Assembly (NCBI GenBank): GCA_964590915.1
Contig: CAZPYN010000002.1
Location: 17,426-81,425, forward strand
Direction: 5' to 3'
Length of the DNA stretch: 64,000 nucleotides
DNA from: an uncultured Dehalococcoidales bacterium
Lineage (GTDB): Bacteria; Chloroflexota; Dehalococcoidia; Lucifugimonadales; Lucifugimonadaceae
Shown here: piece by piece, positions 39,658 to 49,269 of the stretch
How the letters are laid out: each line of letters starts with the position of its first letter
Position numbering within the stretch: the stretch's first letter is position 1
Translations under genes and position numbers: made by a program
Notes under the pieces: model-generated
The model's database searches: none
What the model was told of the DNA's origin: nothing
The model's input: the letters and a program-made list of their open reading frames with translations, nothing else

Positions 39658-40305
39658 TCAAAATTTTAATTCAGTTTTTTCATTTTTTAATGGAATTTGT
39701 ATTAATATTTTATCAAGAACTCTCAAATCTGTTGAATAATCGTAATTTATATTTCCCGATGAATTTATTACAGCAATTATTTTTGAATTGTTAGGTAAAG
39801 ATATTTCATTAATATTTTTGCCTATATAATTTGAATTTTCTAAAATGTTTATAATTAAAATTTCTGTATGACTGTCAGTATTAGTAAATAAATGTAATAC
39901 AGTATTATTTTCAACAACTGAGGAAATTGTGTCTGCAGTGATTTGATTAGATTTTATAATAAAATCAAATTCATCACCTTTAAAAATATCAATGTTGCTT
40001 TGATCATTGATTACAACTATATTGAAAATTTTGGAATTGATATTTTTCGCTATTTGAGAAGAGACAAAGTTGATTTTATCATCTGTGTTCGCTGCTATAA
40101 AAAAATTTGCTCTTTCTATTCCTGCATCTATCAGAGTCTCTTTTGAATAAGAGTTCCCATGCTGATTAACAAATCCGAAAATCCCTTCATTTTTTTTAAT
40201 TTTCTTTTCACTGTTATCAATAAATATAAATTCATCACCATGTTCTAATAGATTTATAGCCAAATTTTTTGACATTTCATTTATTCCAGAAATTATTATA
40301 TACAA
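39658..40305 (-). CDS. RCK (TrkA_N + TrkA_C)-like protein with degenerate dinucleotide-binding motif
   Basis: 215 aa. The layout parallels KtrA, but GxGxxG is replaced by ISGINEMSKN. The C-terminal half resembles TrkA_C (IGKNINEISLPNNSKIIAVI). Confidence 0.5.
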   Translation of the reverse strand: MYIIISGINEMSKNLAINLLEHGDEFIFIDNSEKKIKKNEGIFGFVNQHGNSYSKETLIDAGIERANFFIAANTDDKINFVSSQIAKNINSKIFNIVVINDQSNIDIFKGDEFDFIIKSNQITADTISSVVENNTVLHLFTNTDSHTEILIINILENSNYIGKNINEISLPNNSKIIAVINSSGNINYDYSTDLRVLDKILIQIPLKNEKTELKF

Positions 40306-40317
40306 TTAGATTCCTTT

Positions 40318-40716
40318 CTAAACATTCAACTTTGTCAGTAAATTTTCTTTTTCTAAATTAATTTGATTAATAACGTTAATTTGTTTTTCTAAATAAATTT
40401 CGTATAAACTAAAATCATTGATAAGAACAAGTGATTTCAAATCATTATTATAATTTCTGATCTTGTAGTAAAAAAATATGTTTTTTACATCATCTTTACT
40501 AAGGATTAATAATCTTTCTACTTTTTCACTAATGGAAAATAGATCCTTTTCAATATCGATATGTTCGATAATTGTAATATTATTTTTACTTTTATATCTG
40601 TTTTTTAAGTCTGCTGATATCTGTGTATCATAAATTGCAATATTTTCACAAATACCTTCAATGTATCGTAGTATATGATCTGTAATTTCATTAAACCCTA
40701 TTATTGCTATATTCAT
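40318..40716 (-). CDS. hypothetical protein, TrkA_N-like Rossmann remnant
   Basis: 132 aa. MNIAIIGFNEITDHIL...NIAIYD resembles an RCK N-domain with a degenerate glycine motif. It overlaps the upstream gene by 4 nt. Confidence 0.35.
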   Translation of the reverse strand: MNIAIIGFNEITDHILRYIEGICENIAIYDTQISADLKNRYKSKNNITIIEHIDIEKDLFSISEKVERLLILSKDDVKNIFFYYKIRNYNNDLKSLVLINDFSLYEIYLEKQINVINQINLEKENLLTKLNV

Positions 40717-41126
40717 AAATTATTTAATTCTAAAATAGTTGTGTTTGCGTACTTTTTTATGTAGTTATGTTCATTTAATTCAAGATTTACTTTTTTTGAA
40801 TATGCAATGATATCTACATCCAATCTTTTTGCTTCTTTTACTATTCCTACACCAATACTTCTTGATTGTATTAATATAAAATTCTCTCCATTTATATCAT
40901 AATCTATTTTAAAATCTAACAATTTTTCATGGACGTTTTTTAGAGCAGATTGACCTATAAGAATTAAATTTTTTTCTTCATGATCAATTGGATATTTTGG
41001 AGGTATTTCTATTACATATACAAAATAAACTATGGATTTACTTTGTTTTATAAAAGAACAAATCAACTCAATTAGTAATTCATTAATTTCATGATTAAGT
41101 AGAACTAAATATCTTTTAGATTTCAT
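40713..41126 (-). CDS. universal stress protein (UspA)-like protein lacking the ATP-binding glycine motif
   Basis: 137 aa with a USP-like beta-alpha pattern (YLVLLNHE..., VYFVYVIE, GIVKEAKRLDVDIIAYS). No G-x2-G-x9-G(S/T) motif is seen. Confidence 0.4.
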   Translation of the reverse strand: MKSKRYLVLLNHEINELLIELICSFIKQSKSIVYFVYVIEIPPKYPIDHEEKNLILIGQSALKNVHEKLLDFKIDYDINGENFILIQSRSIGVGIVKEAKRLDVDIIAYSKKVNLELNEHNYIKKYANTTILELNNL

Positions 41127-41128
41127 TA

Positions 41129-41788
41129 TTATATGATTAGTTTATTAATATTCGAATTATTTCCAATTATTGATATTTCATCGCCTTCATTTAGTATCTC
41201 TTCATTTGATGGATATAGGATAATATTGCTTCCTCTTTTGATTGATATGATAGTCAATCTTTGATTACCAGGTTGATTTATAAATCCCGCTTCTGATAAA
41301 GACATACCAACAATTCTTTTAGGAATAGATAATTTACTTATTCCCATATTTGGTGTTAATTCTAAATATTCTGTTACATTTGGAGAAAAAATTGTATTTG
41401 CAAGTTGCTCTCCCATCTCATCTTCGGCAAACACAACTCGATCGCAACCCAATCTAATTAAAGTATCTTTATGTAGATCTGAAGATGCTCTAGCAATTAT
41501 GTTGTTTATGTTTAGAGTTTTGAAAAGTACAGAGACCATGATGGATACTTCTACATCTGCTAAGGCTACAACTCCTACATCGAAATCTTGCACTCCTAAT
41601 TCACGTAATGATATTTCAGATGAAGCATCTGTGGTTACCGGGTAGGTTACTTGTCCTACCATTGATTGGACTTTCTCAGGATCTATATCAATGGCCATAA
41701 CATCATGACCCAAATTATACATTTTTGAAGCAAAACTTTTTCCGAATCTGCCTAGACCTACAACAACAACTTGAGGTTTTAATTTCAT
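41129..41788 (-). CDS. trkA: K+ uptake system regulatory RCK subunit (KtrA/TrkA family)
   Basis: 219 aa with an intact VVGLGRFGKSFA...DVMAIDID Rossmann motif and a C-terminal TrkA_C domain ending in EGDEISIIG. Confidence 0.85.
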   Translation of the reverse strand: MKLKPQVVVVGLGRFGKSFASKMYNLGHDVMAIDIDPEKVQSMVGQVTYPVTTDASSEISLRELGVQDFDVGVVALADVEVSIMVSVLFKTLNINNIIARASSDLHKDTLIRLGCDRVVFAEDEMGEQLANTIFSPNVTEYLELTPNMGISKLSIPKRIVGMSLSEAGFINQPGNQRLTIISIKRGSNIILYPSNEEILNEGDEISIIGNNSNINKLII

Positions 41789-41790
41789 AA

Positions 41791-43275
41791 TTATCCTATT
41801 CTTACTGATTCGTAGGGTTGTCTTATTTTGCCCTGTTCTCTATTACCTAATAATAACGTTGCTAATAGTAATGGTCCAAATCTTCCAATTACCATTAAAA
41901 TTGAAAGTATAATTTTAGAAAGATGATTTAAATCTTTTGTTATACCTGTAGATAAACCAACGTTTCCAAACGCGCTTACACTTTCAAAAAGTAATTCTTT
42001 AAATAAATTATCTGGTTCAAATGAAGCCATTATTATAAAACCTACACTTAGTAAAATTATACTAAAAACAAAAATTACAAAAGACCTTCTAACAACTTGT
42101 GCTGAAATTGTTCTTTTGAAGATGGTGACTTCTTCTTCTCCTCTTATATTCGATATCAGGGCTATTATAATAACTGTCAAGGTCCCAACTTTTATCCCTC
42201 CTGCAACTGAAAGGCTACTTCCTCCAATAAGCATCAAAACAATTGTAGTAAATGTTGTACTATTATGTACAAGGTCATAGTCTATTAGTGAGAATCCAGC
42301 TGTTCGAGTAATAACATGAAAAAAAGATTGGGTTAATTTATCATTAATAGAACTTCCGTAAATTGTATATATATTATTCCATTCCCCAAATAAAAATTGC
42401 AGAGATCCAAGCAATAGAATTATAAAAGTAGAAAAAATTACAATTTTAGAATTTAGAGACAAATGTAATTCTTTAAATTTAGATAGAGATATCATTTTTA
42501 TATTTCTCAACATCTCAAAAACTATTGGATAGCCAATACTTCCAAAAAAAATAAGAATCATGGTTACAATTAAAAAATTATGATCATTTGTTAATGATCC
42601 TATACTTCCACCATTTTCATCCTTGATCATATCAAAGCCAGATCCATTGAAAGATGCAACAGAATGAAAAATAGAATTAAATATTCTGCCGTGATCATTA
42701 GATTGTATTTTTTCTCCAAAAACAAAATATAAAATAATTATTCCTATTATTTGAAAAACAATTGCTAGATAAACGACGTTAAATAAAAAGTTTGGTGTAT
42801 TCCCAGTTTCCAGTTTGGTTGGACTACTATCGGAGAGTCCTTCCCTGATTAGCAATCTTTGTTTTAAGTTTATTTTACTTCCAGTTATGATCAGTAACAA
42901 AAAACCAGCACCTACCATAAACCCAATTCCACCTATAAAACTTAGAAAAATAATAATTGATTTACCAATTAGACTCCAACCTAATTCTGTATCAAAAGGA
43001 ACTAACCCTGTAACCGTAACTGCTGAAGTAGAAACAAAAATGTAATCTACAAAAGAATATTCTACTAAACCTGATTTAGAAAAAGGTAAAGACAAACCTA
43101 TTGTTCCCAAAATAATTAAGAAAATAAGACCATAGAAAATTAATAGAGGAGAATATATTCCTCTTGTAGAATTTTTTCTTACTTGAACACTTAATATTTC
43201 GGGAGATAATTCTTGTGATCTTTTTACTCGATGTATTTTTTCTCCAGAATAAAGATTATCATCTTCAATTGCCAT
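41791..43275 (-). CDS. trkH: K+ uptake system membrane subunit (TrkH/KtrB family)
   Basis: 494 aa, polytopic, with repeated pore-loop-like segments (SAVTVTGL, ASFNGSGF, RTAGFS, SAFGNVGLS) as in the TrkH/KtrB four-MPM architecture. Confidence 0.85.
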   Translation of the reverse strand: MAIEDDNLYSGEKIHRVKRSQELSPEILSVQVRKNSTRGIYSPLLIFYGLIFLIILGTIGLSLPFSKSGLVEYSFVDYIFVSTSAVTVTGLVPFDTELGWSLIGKSIIIFLSFIGGIGFMVGAGFLLLIITGSKINLKQRLLIREGLSDSSPTKLETGNTPNFLFNVVYLAIVFQIIGIIILYFVFGEKIQSNDHGRIFNSIFHSVASFNGSGFDMIKDENGGSIGSLTNDHNFLIVTMILIFFGSIGYPIVFEMLRNIKMISLSKFKELHLSLNSKIVIFSTFIILLLGSLQFLFGEWNNIYTIYGSSINDKLTQSFFHVITRTAGFSLIDYDLVHNSTTFTTIVLMLIGGSSLSVAGGIKVGTLTVIIIALISNIRGEEEVTIFKRTISAQVVRRSFVIFVFSIILLSVGFIIMASFEPDNLFKELLFESVSAFGNVGLSTGITKDLNHLSKIILSILMVIGRFGPLLLATLLLGNREQGKIRQPYESVRIG

Positions 43276-43349
43276 TTTTTTTATTTTTTTTATCTAATAC
43301 ATAGATTATACTTATTTAGGTTATATTAAGCTTATTAGTTAATTTGTGA

Positions 43350-44162
43350 ATGCAAAAATATTCCATAGAAATAGTTCCAAAACAAATTGAACGTTTGAAA
43401 TTTTTACCCAGAGATGTTTTTACTGAAGTATATATTGCATATATACCTGGAGAAAAATATGAAAATATTGTGGAAGCATCTAAAAATTTAATAAAAGATG
43501 GATTTAATGTCATACCTCATTGTCCAGCAAGAACATTCCCATCTAAGAAAGAACTTGAATCTTATCTTTTTCAATTGTCATCTATTGGAGTGAAAAAGAT
43601 TTTAACTCTTGCTGGAAGTGGTAATAATCATTTTGAAATCATAGAAAACCCTAATAATCTATTTTCGAATACATTAGAAATGTTAGAAACTGGATTATTT
43701 GAAAAATATCAATTTGAACAAATAAATATAGCCGGACACCCAGAAGGAAACCCAATGGATCCAGAATCAGATAAAAATCTTCAATTAAAATGCCATTGGT
43801 TGAACCAACATAATTTTAATTCTTCAATTGTTACACAGTGGACCACCAATTTAGAATCAACAAATAAATGGATTCTTGATACAAAAGAAATGATTAAAAG
43901 TAAATTTGACAATAAAATTTCCATTACTATAGGTATTGCAGGACCTGCAAAGCTAACAACTTTGATAAATTATGCAAAGATATGTGGAGTAAATGCAACT
44001 TCATTAATAATAAAAAATAAAAAATTAGGACTTAGAAATTTGATCAAATATAATCCTACACAAACAATTAAAGAATTGAAAAATTATGATAATTTACATT
44101 TTTTTCCTTTTGGAGGGATTAGAGAAATATGTGATTGGATAAATGAAAAGATGAAATCATAA
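43350..44162 (+). CDS. methylenetetrahydrofolate reductase (MetF) family protein
   Basis: 270 aa with SIEIVP, IPHCPAR, ILTLAGSG, IAGHPEGNP, VTQW and TIGIAGP, which parallel the MetF blocks (SFEFFPP, PHLTC, ALRGD, YPEGHP, TQ, GIMP). Confidence 0.65.
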   Translation: MQKYSIEIVPKQIERLKFLPRDVFTEVYIAYIPGEKYENIVEASKNLIKDGFNVIPHCPARTFPSKKELESYLFQLSSIGVKKILTLAGSGNNHFEIIENPNNLFSNTLEMLETGLFEKYQFEQINIAGHPEGNPMDPESDKNLQLKCHWLNQHNFNSSIVTQWTTNLESTNKWILDTKEMIKSKFDNKISITIGIAGPAKLTTLINYAKICGVNATSLIIKNKKLGLRNLIKYNPTQTIKELKNYDNLHFFPFGGIREICDWINEKMKS

Positions 44163-45169
44163 TGTCAGATTTTATAATAATAGGTGAAAATATTCATACA
44201 ACCAGGTCAGTTAAACGAGGAGGTATTCGTACAAGTTTAGTTGATAATAAAGAAGTACTTATATTTAACAAAAAAAAAGACACTTTTGATTATATGGAGA
44301 TACCAGAAGTTTTTGTAAATACACAACCTTACCAACAAGGTCAACTTAAGCACTTTATGATTGCTATATGGCAGGGGATCAATGGTGATCAAGAAAGAAA
44401 GAACCAAGGAATAAGTTATATAAAATCTGAAATAAAAAGACAAATAAATAACGGAGCAGCTTTTTTAGATATCAATGTAGATGAGTATAGCTATAAACTT
44501 GATCAGCAAATTACTGCAATGAAATGGGTTGTAGGTATTGTTAAAGAATTTTCTGATGTTCCTCTTTCGGTCGATTCTTCAAATATAGATATTATTAAGG
44601 AAGGGCTTATTGAATATAACAATATAAAAAGGCCTTTGGTTAATTCATTGTCTTTGGAAAGAGTTGATTTATTAGATATTATTTTAGAGCAGAATTGTAA
44701 AGTAGTTGTGAGTGCTGCAAGTGAAAGTAGCATGCCTGAATCTTCAGATGAAAGAATTATAAATTTGTCAAAAATTATGGATATTTCTTTATCAAAAGGG
44801 ATGAAAGAAGAAGATATATTTATTGATCCATTGATTTTTCCTATTTCAGTGGCTTCGAACTATGGAAAAGATGCACTGGAAGCGATAAAAAAAATTAGAA
44901 ATATTTGGCCCAAAGTGAACATTACAGGAGGTATGAGTAATATATCTTTTGGGTTACCGAAAAGAAGATTGATAAATGATGTCTTCATACACTTGGCAAT
45001 TAAAAATGGAGCTAATTCTGGAATTATAAACCCAATAGAATCAAAATTGGATAGAATAATCAATATGGACCAAAATTTAAATCAGTATAAAATAACAAAA
45101 AATATGTTAGAAGGTAATGACGAATTTTGTACAGAATATCTGACAGCTTATAGAGAAAATAAACTTTAA
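44162..45169 (+). CDS. stand-alone pterin-binding methyltransferase (methyl-THF:corrinoid methyltransferase / MetH pterin-module-like)
   Basis: 335 aa with IIGENIHTT at the N-terminus, LDINVDE, SVDSS and GGMSNISFGLP, which are signature blocks of pterin-binding (DHPS-like) methyltransferase barrels. TAATG coupling to the metF-like gene. Confidence 0.65.
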   Translation: MSDFIIIGENIHTTRSVKRGGIRTSLVDNKEVLIFNKKKDTFDYMEIPEVFVNTQPYQQGQLKHFMIAIWQGINGDQERKNQGISYIKSEIKRQINNGAAFLDINVDEYSYKLDQQITAMKWVVGIVKEFSDVPLSVDSSNIDIIKEGLIEYNNIKRPLVNSLSLERVDLLDIILEQNCKVVVSAASESSMPESSDERIINLSKIMDISLSKGMKEEDIFIDPLIFPISVASNYGKDALEAIKKIRNIWPKVNITGGMSNISFGLPKRRLINDVFIHLAIKNGANSGIINPIESKLDRIINMDQNLNQYKITKNMLEGNDEFCTEYLTAYRENKL

Positions 45170-45172
45170 AAA

Positions 45173-46084
45173 ATGTTTTTTATTAGATATATAATATGGT
45201 TATTGGGTTTCATCGGCAATATAACAAATGAATTCCTTGATAAAAATGTCCCTTTCATGGCTGCAGGAATTTCTTTTTATGCTTTTTTTTCATTGTTTCC
45301 TTTATTGTTAGCATTGATTATTATTTTTTCTTTATTTGTTGGTATAAAAGGTTTTGAACAAATATTAATTGACTTGGTAAAAGACTTTGTTCCAATTCTA
45401 GATGAACAAGATGATGCTTTTATTAAAACATTTTTTGATAGCTTGACTTCACAAAGATTTATAACAAGTGCAATTGCAGCATTGGGTCTTTTGCTTGCTT
45501 CTACCGCCGTATTCAGTAGTGTTAGAAAAAGTATAAATGTTATATGGGGGATAGAAAAGAAACGAACATTTATTCAAGAAAGAGCTATTGATTTCACTCT
45601 AATTTTTTTTGCATCATCATTACTTTTAATTTCATTTATTCTCACCACTGGCTTAAGTTTTTTGAGTGAATTAATATCAATAACCTTTCCTGATTCACCA
45701 CTGAGAGATCCAAATATTTGGAGTAGATTAGCGTTATTGATTCCACTTTTTTTGACTTTTTTAGTATTTTTTATTTGTTTATGGTGGTTACCAAACATAA
45801 AATTAAGATTCATAGAGATTTTTCCTGCAGCTTTTCTTGCTGCAATTGCTGAAGAAATAAACAAAATGATTTTCATATTGTATTTGAGAAATTTTAGCGG
45901 ATTTTCAGGTTCGATTTACGGAGGAGTAAGTGCAATTATAGTATTAATGGCTTTTATTTATATATCAGCAATTATTTTGTTGATAGCAGCACAAGTTTCT
46001 GCAAGATTTACAGTTTATCTTTCTGTCAGAAATTTAAATCATCAAAACAAAACATTAAAATTGAGTTTAAATAGGTTGAATTAA
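45173..46084 (+). CDS. YihY/BrkB (former ribonuclease BN) family membrane protein
   Basis: 303 aa with MAAGISFYAFFSLFPLLLAL and six predicted TM helices. Confidence 0.8.
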   Translation: MFFIRYIIWLLGFIGNITNEFLDKNVPFMAAGISFYAFFSLFPLLLALIIIFSLFVGIKGFEQILIDLVKDFVPILDEQDDAFIKTFFDSLTSQRFITSAIAALGLLLASTAVFSSVRKSINVIWGIEKKRTFIQERAIDFTLIFFASSLLLISFILTTGLSFLSELISITFPDSPLRDPNIWSRLALLIPLFLTFLVFFICLWWLPNIKLRFIEIFPAAFLAAIAEEINKMIFILYLRNFSGFSGSIYGGVSAIIVLMAFIYISAIILLIAAQVSARFTVYLSVRNLNHQNKTLKLSLNRLN

Positions 46085-49000
46085 TTTTTTTCGATGAATA
46101 GCCTTATTTTATTTTCTTCCGAAATATTAATTTCTTCAGTTTCTATCGCTTCTTGAATTTTTATCGATTTAGCAAGCGCATTGGTTGATATGTAATCATT
46201 AAACTGCTTGATAGAATTTTGAACTTCTTTATCTCCCCAAATAACTACATTTATTTCATCAGAAATATCAAAATTTAGATCTTTTCTTTTATTTTGAATA
46301 GTTCGAAGTACATCTCTTGCTATTCCTTCTTCTTTTAATTCTTGATTTAATTCAAGCTTTAGGGATGCTACAATTTCTCCCTTGTTTATTTCTTCAGACT
46401 GTGTACCTGGGATTGATTCTTTTTCTATAGAATATTCATCCTCTAATAAAATATATTTTCTTATTTTGGCTGTTCCATCTTTGTTGATTTTCCATTCATA
46501 ATTATTAGCACCTTCTAAACAATCTTTAATGTTCTTACCTAATTTAGGTCCTAATTTTCTAAGATCAATAGTTAATTTTTCCTTATATAAAGAATCAGAA
46601 TCTTTCTGGATAATGATGTTTTTTATATTTATTTCTTCTAAAATATAATCTTTAAATCCCAAAATCCATTCTAGATCTTCTCCTACTAGAATAATTTCTT
46701 CTAATGGTTGCCTGACTCGAATATTATTAGATTTTCTTATAGATAGACCTGCTGAACATATTTCCCTAATGGTGTCCATTTTATTTAAAAAATCATCATC
46801 CTTAGGGAAAAAATTAGTAGTTGGCCAATTTAACAGATGAACACTTTTTCCTCCTGTTAATTTGGTATAAATTTCTTCAGAAATCAATGGCATTAATGGC
46901 GATAACACTTTGGTTATATTTAACAATACGGTGAATAAAGTGTCGTAGGCATTTCTTGAGTCTTTATTATCTGCATGTTTCCAAAATCTTGGTCTACTCC
47001 TACGTATATACCAATTGTTTATCGCATCTATGAAATTTGGGACTGCTTGGCATGCACCTGCGATATCATAATTTGAAAGATTATTTTCAATAGAATTTAT
47101 GAGTTCTTTAGTTTTAAGCAAAGCATATATATCTAAAGGATTTTCAGATGTATAATTTTCCTTAGCCTTTACCCCTTCAGCATTTGCATACAAACAGAAG
47201 AAATAAAAAGCATTCCATAATGGTGTTATTATTAATCTTTGTGTATCGGAAATCCCCTTCCCTTCCATATCTATTTGTAGATTTTGACCCTTAAGAATTG
47301 GAGATGCCGCAAAAAACCATCTTAAAGAATCTGAACCAAATTTTTTCCAAATTAATTCAGGTTCAGGATAATTTCTAAGTTTTTTTGATAACTTTACTCC
47401 ATTTGTATCTAAAACAATGCCATGACATATACAATTCTTGAAAGGGGGTTTATCAAAAATCGCAGTACTTAATACCATCATAGTATAAAACCATCCTCGT
47501 GTTTGACCTATGTATTCGACTATAAAATCTGCAGGAAAATGTGATTCGAACCAATTTTTATTTTCAAAAGGATAATGTACTTGTGCAAAAGGCATAGAAC
47601 CAGATTCAAACCAGCAATCAAATACTTCAGGGACTCTCTTCATTGTACTTTTCCCAGTTGGATCATCAGGATTTGGCCTTGTTAGTTTATCTATAAAAGG
47701 TCTATGAAGATTTGTTGGCCTAATTCCAAAATCTTTTTCAAGATCATCTAAACTTCCATAAACATCAACTCGTGGATATTTGGGATCATCTGATTTCCAA
47801 ACTGGGATAGGCGAACCCCAAAACCTGTTTCTACTTATCGACCAGTCTTTTGCACCTTCAAGCCATTTTCCAAAAGTGCCATCTTTTATATGATTTGGGA
47901 CCCAATTAATCCCTTGGTTCAATTCAACCATCCTGTCTTTAAATGAAGAAACATTTACATACCAAGAATTTACAGATTTATATATTAAAGGTTCGTCAGT
48001 TCTCCAACTATGAGGATAATTATGTGTGTATTTTTCTTTTTTAAAAAGTATATTTCTTTCTTTTAAATACAAAATTATTTTTTCATTTGCATCAAAAACA
48101 TTGATTCCTTTATAATCAGTTACTTCATTGGTAAATCTACCCTGATCATCAACAGGACATACTAATTGTATATTATTTTCTTCACAAACTATTTGATCAT
48201 CTTCACCAAAGCCTGGTGCCATGTGCACAATTCCTGTTCCTTCTTCAGTATTAACAAAATCCGCTGATAATACGCGAAATGAATTTTTATTGGTTTTAAA
48301 ATAAGAGAAAATAGGTTTATATTTTGTTCCTAAGATCTTTTCACCTTTGATTTTTTTAATAATTTTTATATCTTTAAGTTCTTCAGAGAAATTTTCTAAA
48401 ACATTTGAAGCAATGACAAAATTTTGATTGTTTTTAGTGATTAGTGAATAATCTATATTTTTCCCAACAGCACATGCTAGGTTCGAAGGTAGAGTCCAGG
48501 GTGTAGTAGTCCAAGCTAATAAGTAGGATTTATGATTATTGTTAAAATCTAAATTTGTTTCTGTGATTTCAAATTTAACAGTTACCGCAGGATCATTTCT
48601 CTCTCTGTATGAATCATCTAATCTTGTTTCGAAATTTGACAGTGGAGTTTCTGCTTTCCAAGAATATGGCATAACCCTATCTTTTTCATAAATTAATCCT
48701 TTATCCCACAGTTGTTTAAATGCCCATAGTACGGATTCCATATAATTCAAATCCATAGTTTTATAATCATCGTCAAAATCTACCCATCTGGCCTGTCTTC
48801 CTACTGTTATTTCCCATTCTTTTGTATATTTCATAACAGATTCTTTGCAATGATTATTGAAATTTTCCACTCCAAATTCTTGTATCTGTTTTCGACCAGA
48901 AATACCTAATTCTTTCTCTGATTCCATCTCAGCAGGTAATCCATGACAATCCCAACCAAATCTTCTATCAACTTTACTACCCATCATAGTTTGAAATCTA

Positions 49001-49230
49001 GGGATTATATCTTTTACAAATCCTGTCAGTAAATGACCATAATGAGGAAGTCCATTTGCAAAAGGTGGGCCATCATAAAATACATACTCTTTAGAATCCT
49101 TTCTATTTGATAAGGATTCCATAAAAGTTTTTTCTTTATTCCATTTAATAAGAATTTCTTCCTCAATTTCAGGGAAAGAAACGGAAGATTCAATTTCTGG
49201 ATAATATTTTTTGTTTTCTAAAGATTTCAT
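46081..49230 (-). CDS. ileS: isoleucine--tRNA ligase (type 2, long form)
   Basis: 1049 aa with the HIGH region PPFANGLPHYGHLL, a CP1 editing domain (WTTTPWTLPSN) and the KMSKS variant KLSKKLRN. Confidence 0.95.
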   Translation of the reverse strand: MKSLENKKYYPEIESSVSFPEIEEEILIKWNKEKTFMESLSNRKDSKEYVFYDGPPFANGLPHYGHLLTGFVKDIIPRFQTMMGSKVDRRFGWDCHGLPAEMESEKELGISGRKQIQEFGVENFNNHCKESVMKYTKEWEITVGRQARWVDFDDDYKTMDLNYMESVLWAFKQLWDKGLIYEKDRVMPYSWKAETPLSNFETRLDDSYRERNDPAVTVKFEITETNLDFNNNHKSYLLAWTTTPWTLPSNLACAVGKNIDYSLITKNNQNFVIASNVLENFSEELKDIKIIKKIKGEKILGTKYKPIFSYFKTNKNSFRVLSADFVNTEEGTGIVHMAPGFGEDDQIVCEENNIQLVCPVDDQGRFTNEVTDYKGINVFDANEKIILYLKERNILFKKEKYTHNYPHSWRTDEPLIYKSVNSWYVNVSSFKDRMVELNQGINWVPNHIKDGTFGKWLEGAKDWSISRNRFWGSPIPVWKSDDPKYPRVDVYGSLDDLEKDFGIRPTNLHRPFIDKLTRPNPDDPTGKSTMKRVPEVFDCWFESGSMPFAQVHYPFENKNWFESHFPADFIVEYIGQTRGWFYTMMVLSTAIFDKPPFKNCICHGIVLDTNGVKLSKKLRNYPEPELIWKKFGSDSLRWFFAASPILKGQNLQIDMEGKGISDTQRLIITPLWNAFYFFCLYANAEGVKAKENYTSENPLDIYALLKTKELINSIENNLSNYDIAGACQAVPNFIDAINNWYIRRSRPRFWKHADNKDSRNAYDTLFTVLLNITKVLSPLMPLISEEIYTKLTGGKSVHLLNWPTTNFFPKDDDFLNKMDTIREICSAGLSIRKSNNIRVRQPLEEIILVGEDLEWILGFKDYILEEINIKNIIIQKDSDSLYKEKLTIDLRKLGPKLGKNIKDCLEGANNYEWKINKDGTAKIRKYILLEDEYSIEKESIPGTQSEEINKGEIVASLKLELNQELKEEGIARDVLRTIQNKRKDLNFDISDEINVVIWGDKEVQNSIKQFNDYISTNALAKSIKIQEAIETEEINISEENKIRLFIEKN

Positions 49231-49269
49231 ATGTATTTTATAATTTTACAATTGAATGGTATGAAAATA

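Noticed and set aside
43316-43513. A 65-aa minus-strand ORF overlapping the start of the metF-like gene and the divergent promoter region.
   Set aside because: It overlaps a motif-supported plus-strand CDS, has no recognisable features, and lies in a position typical of spurious ORFs.
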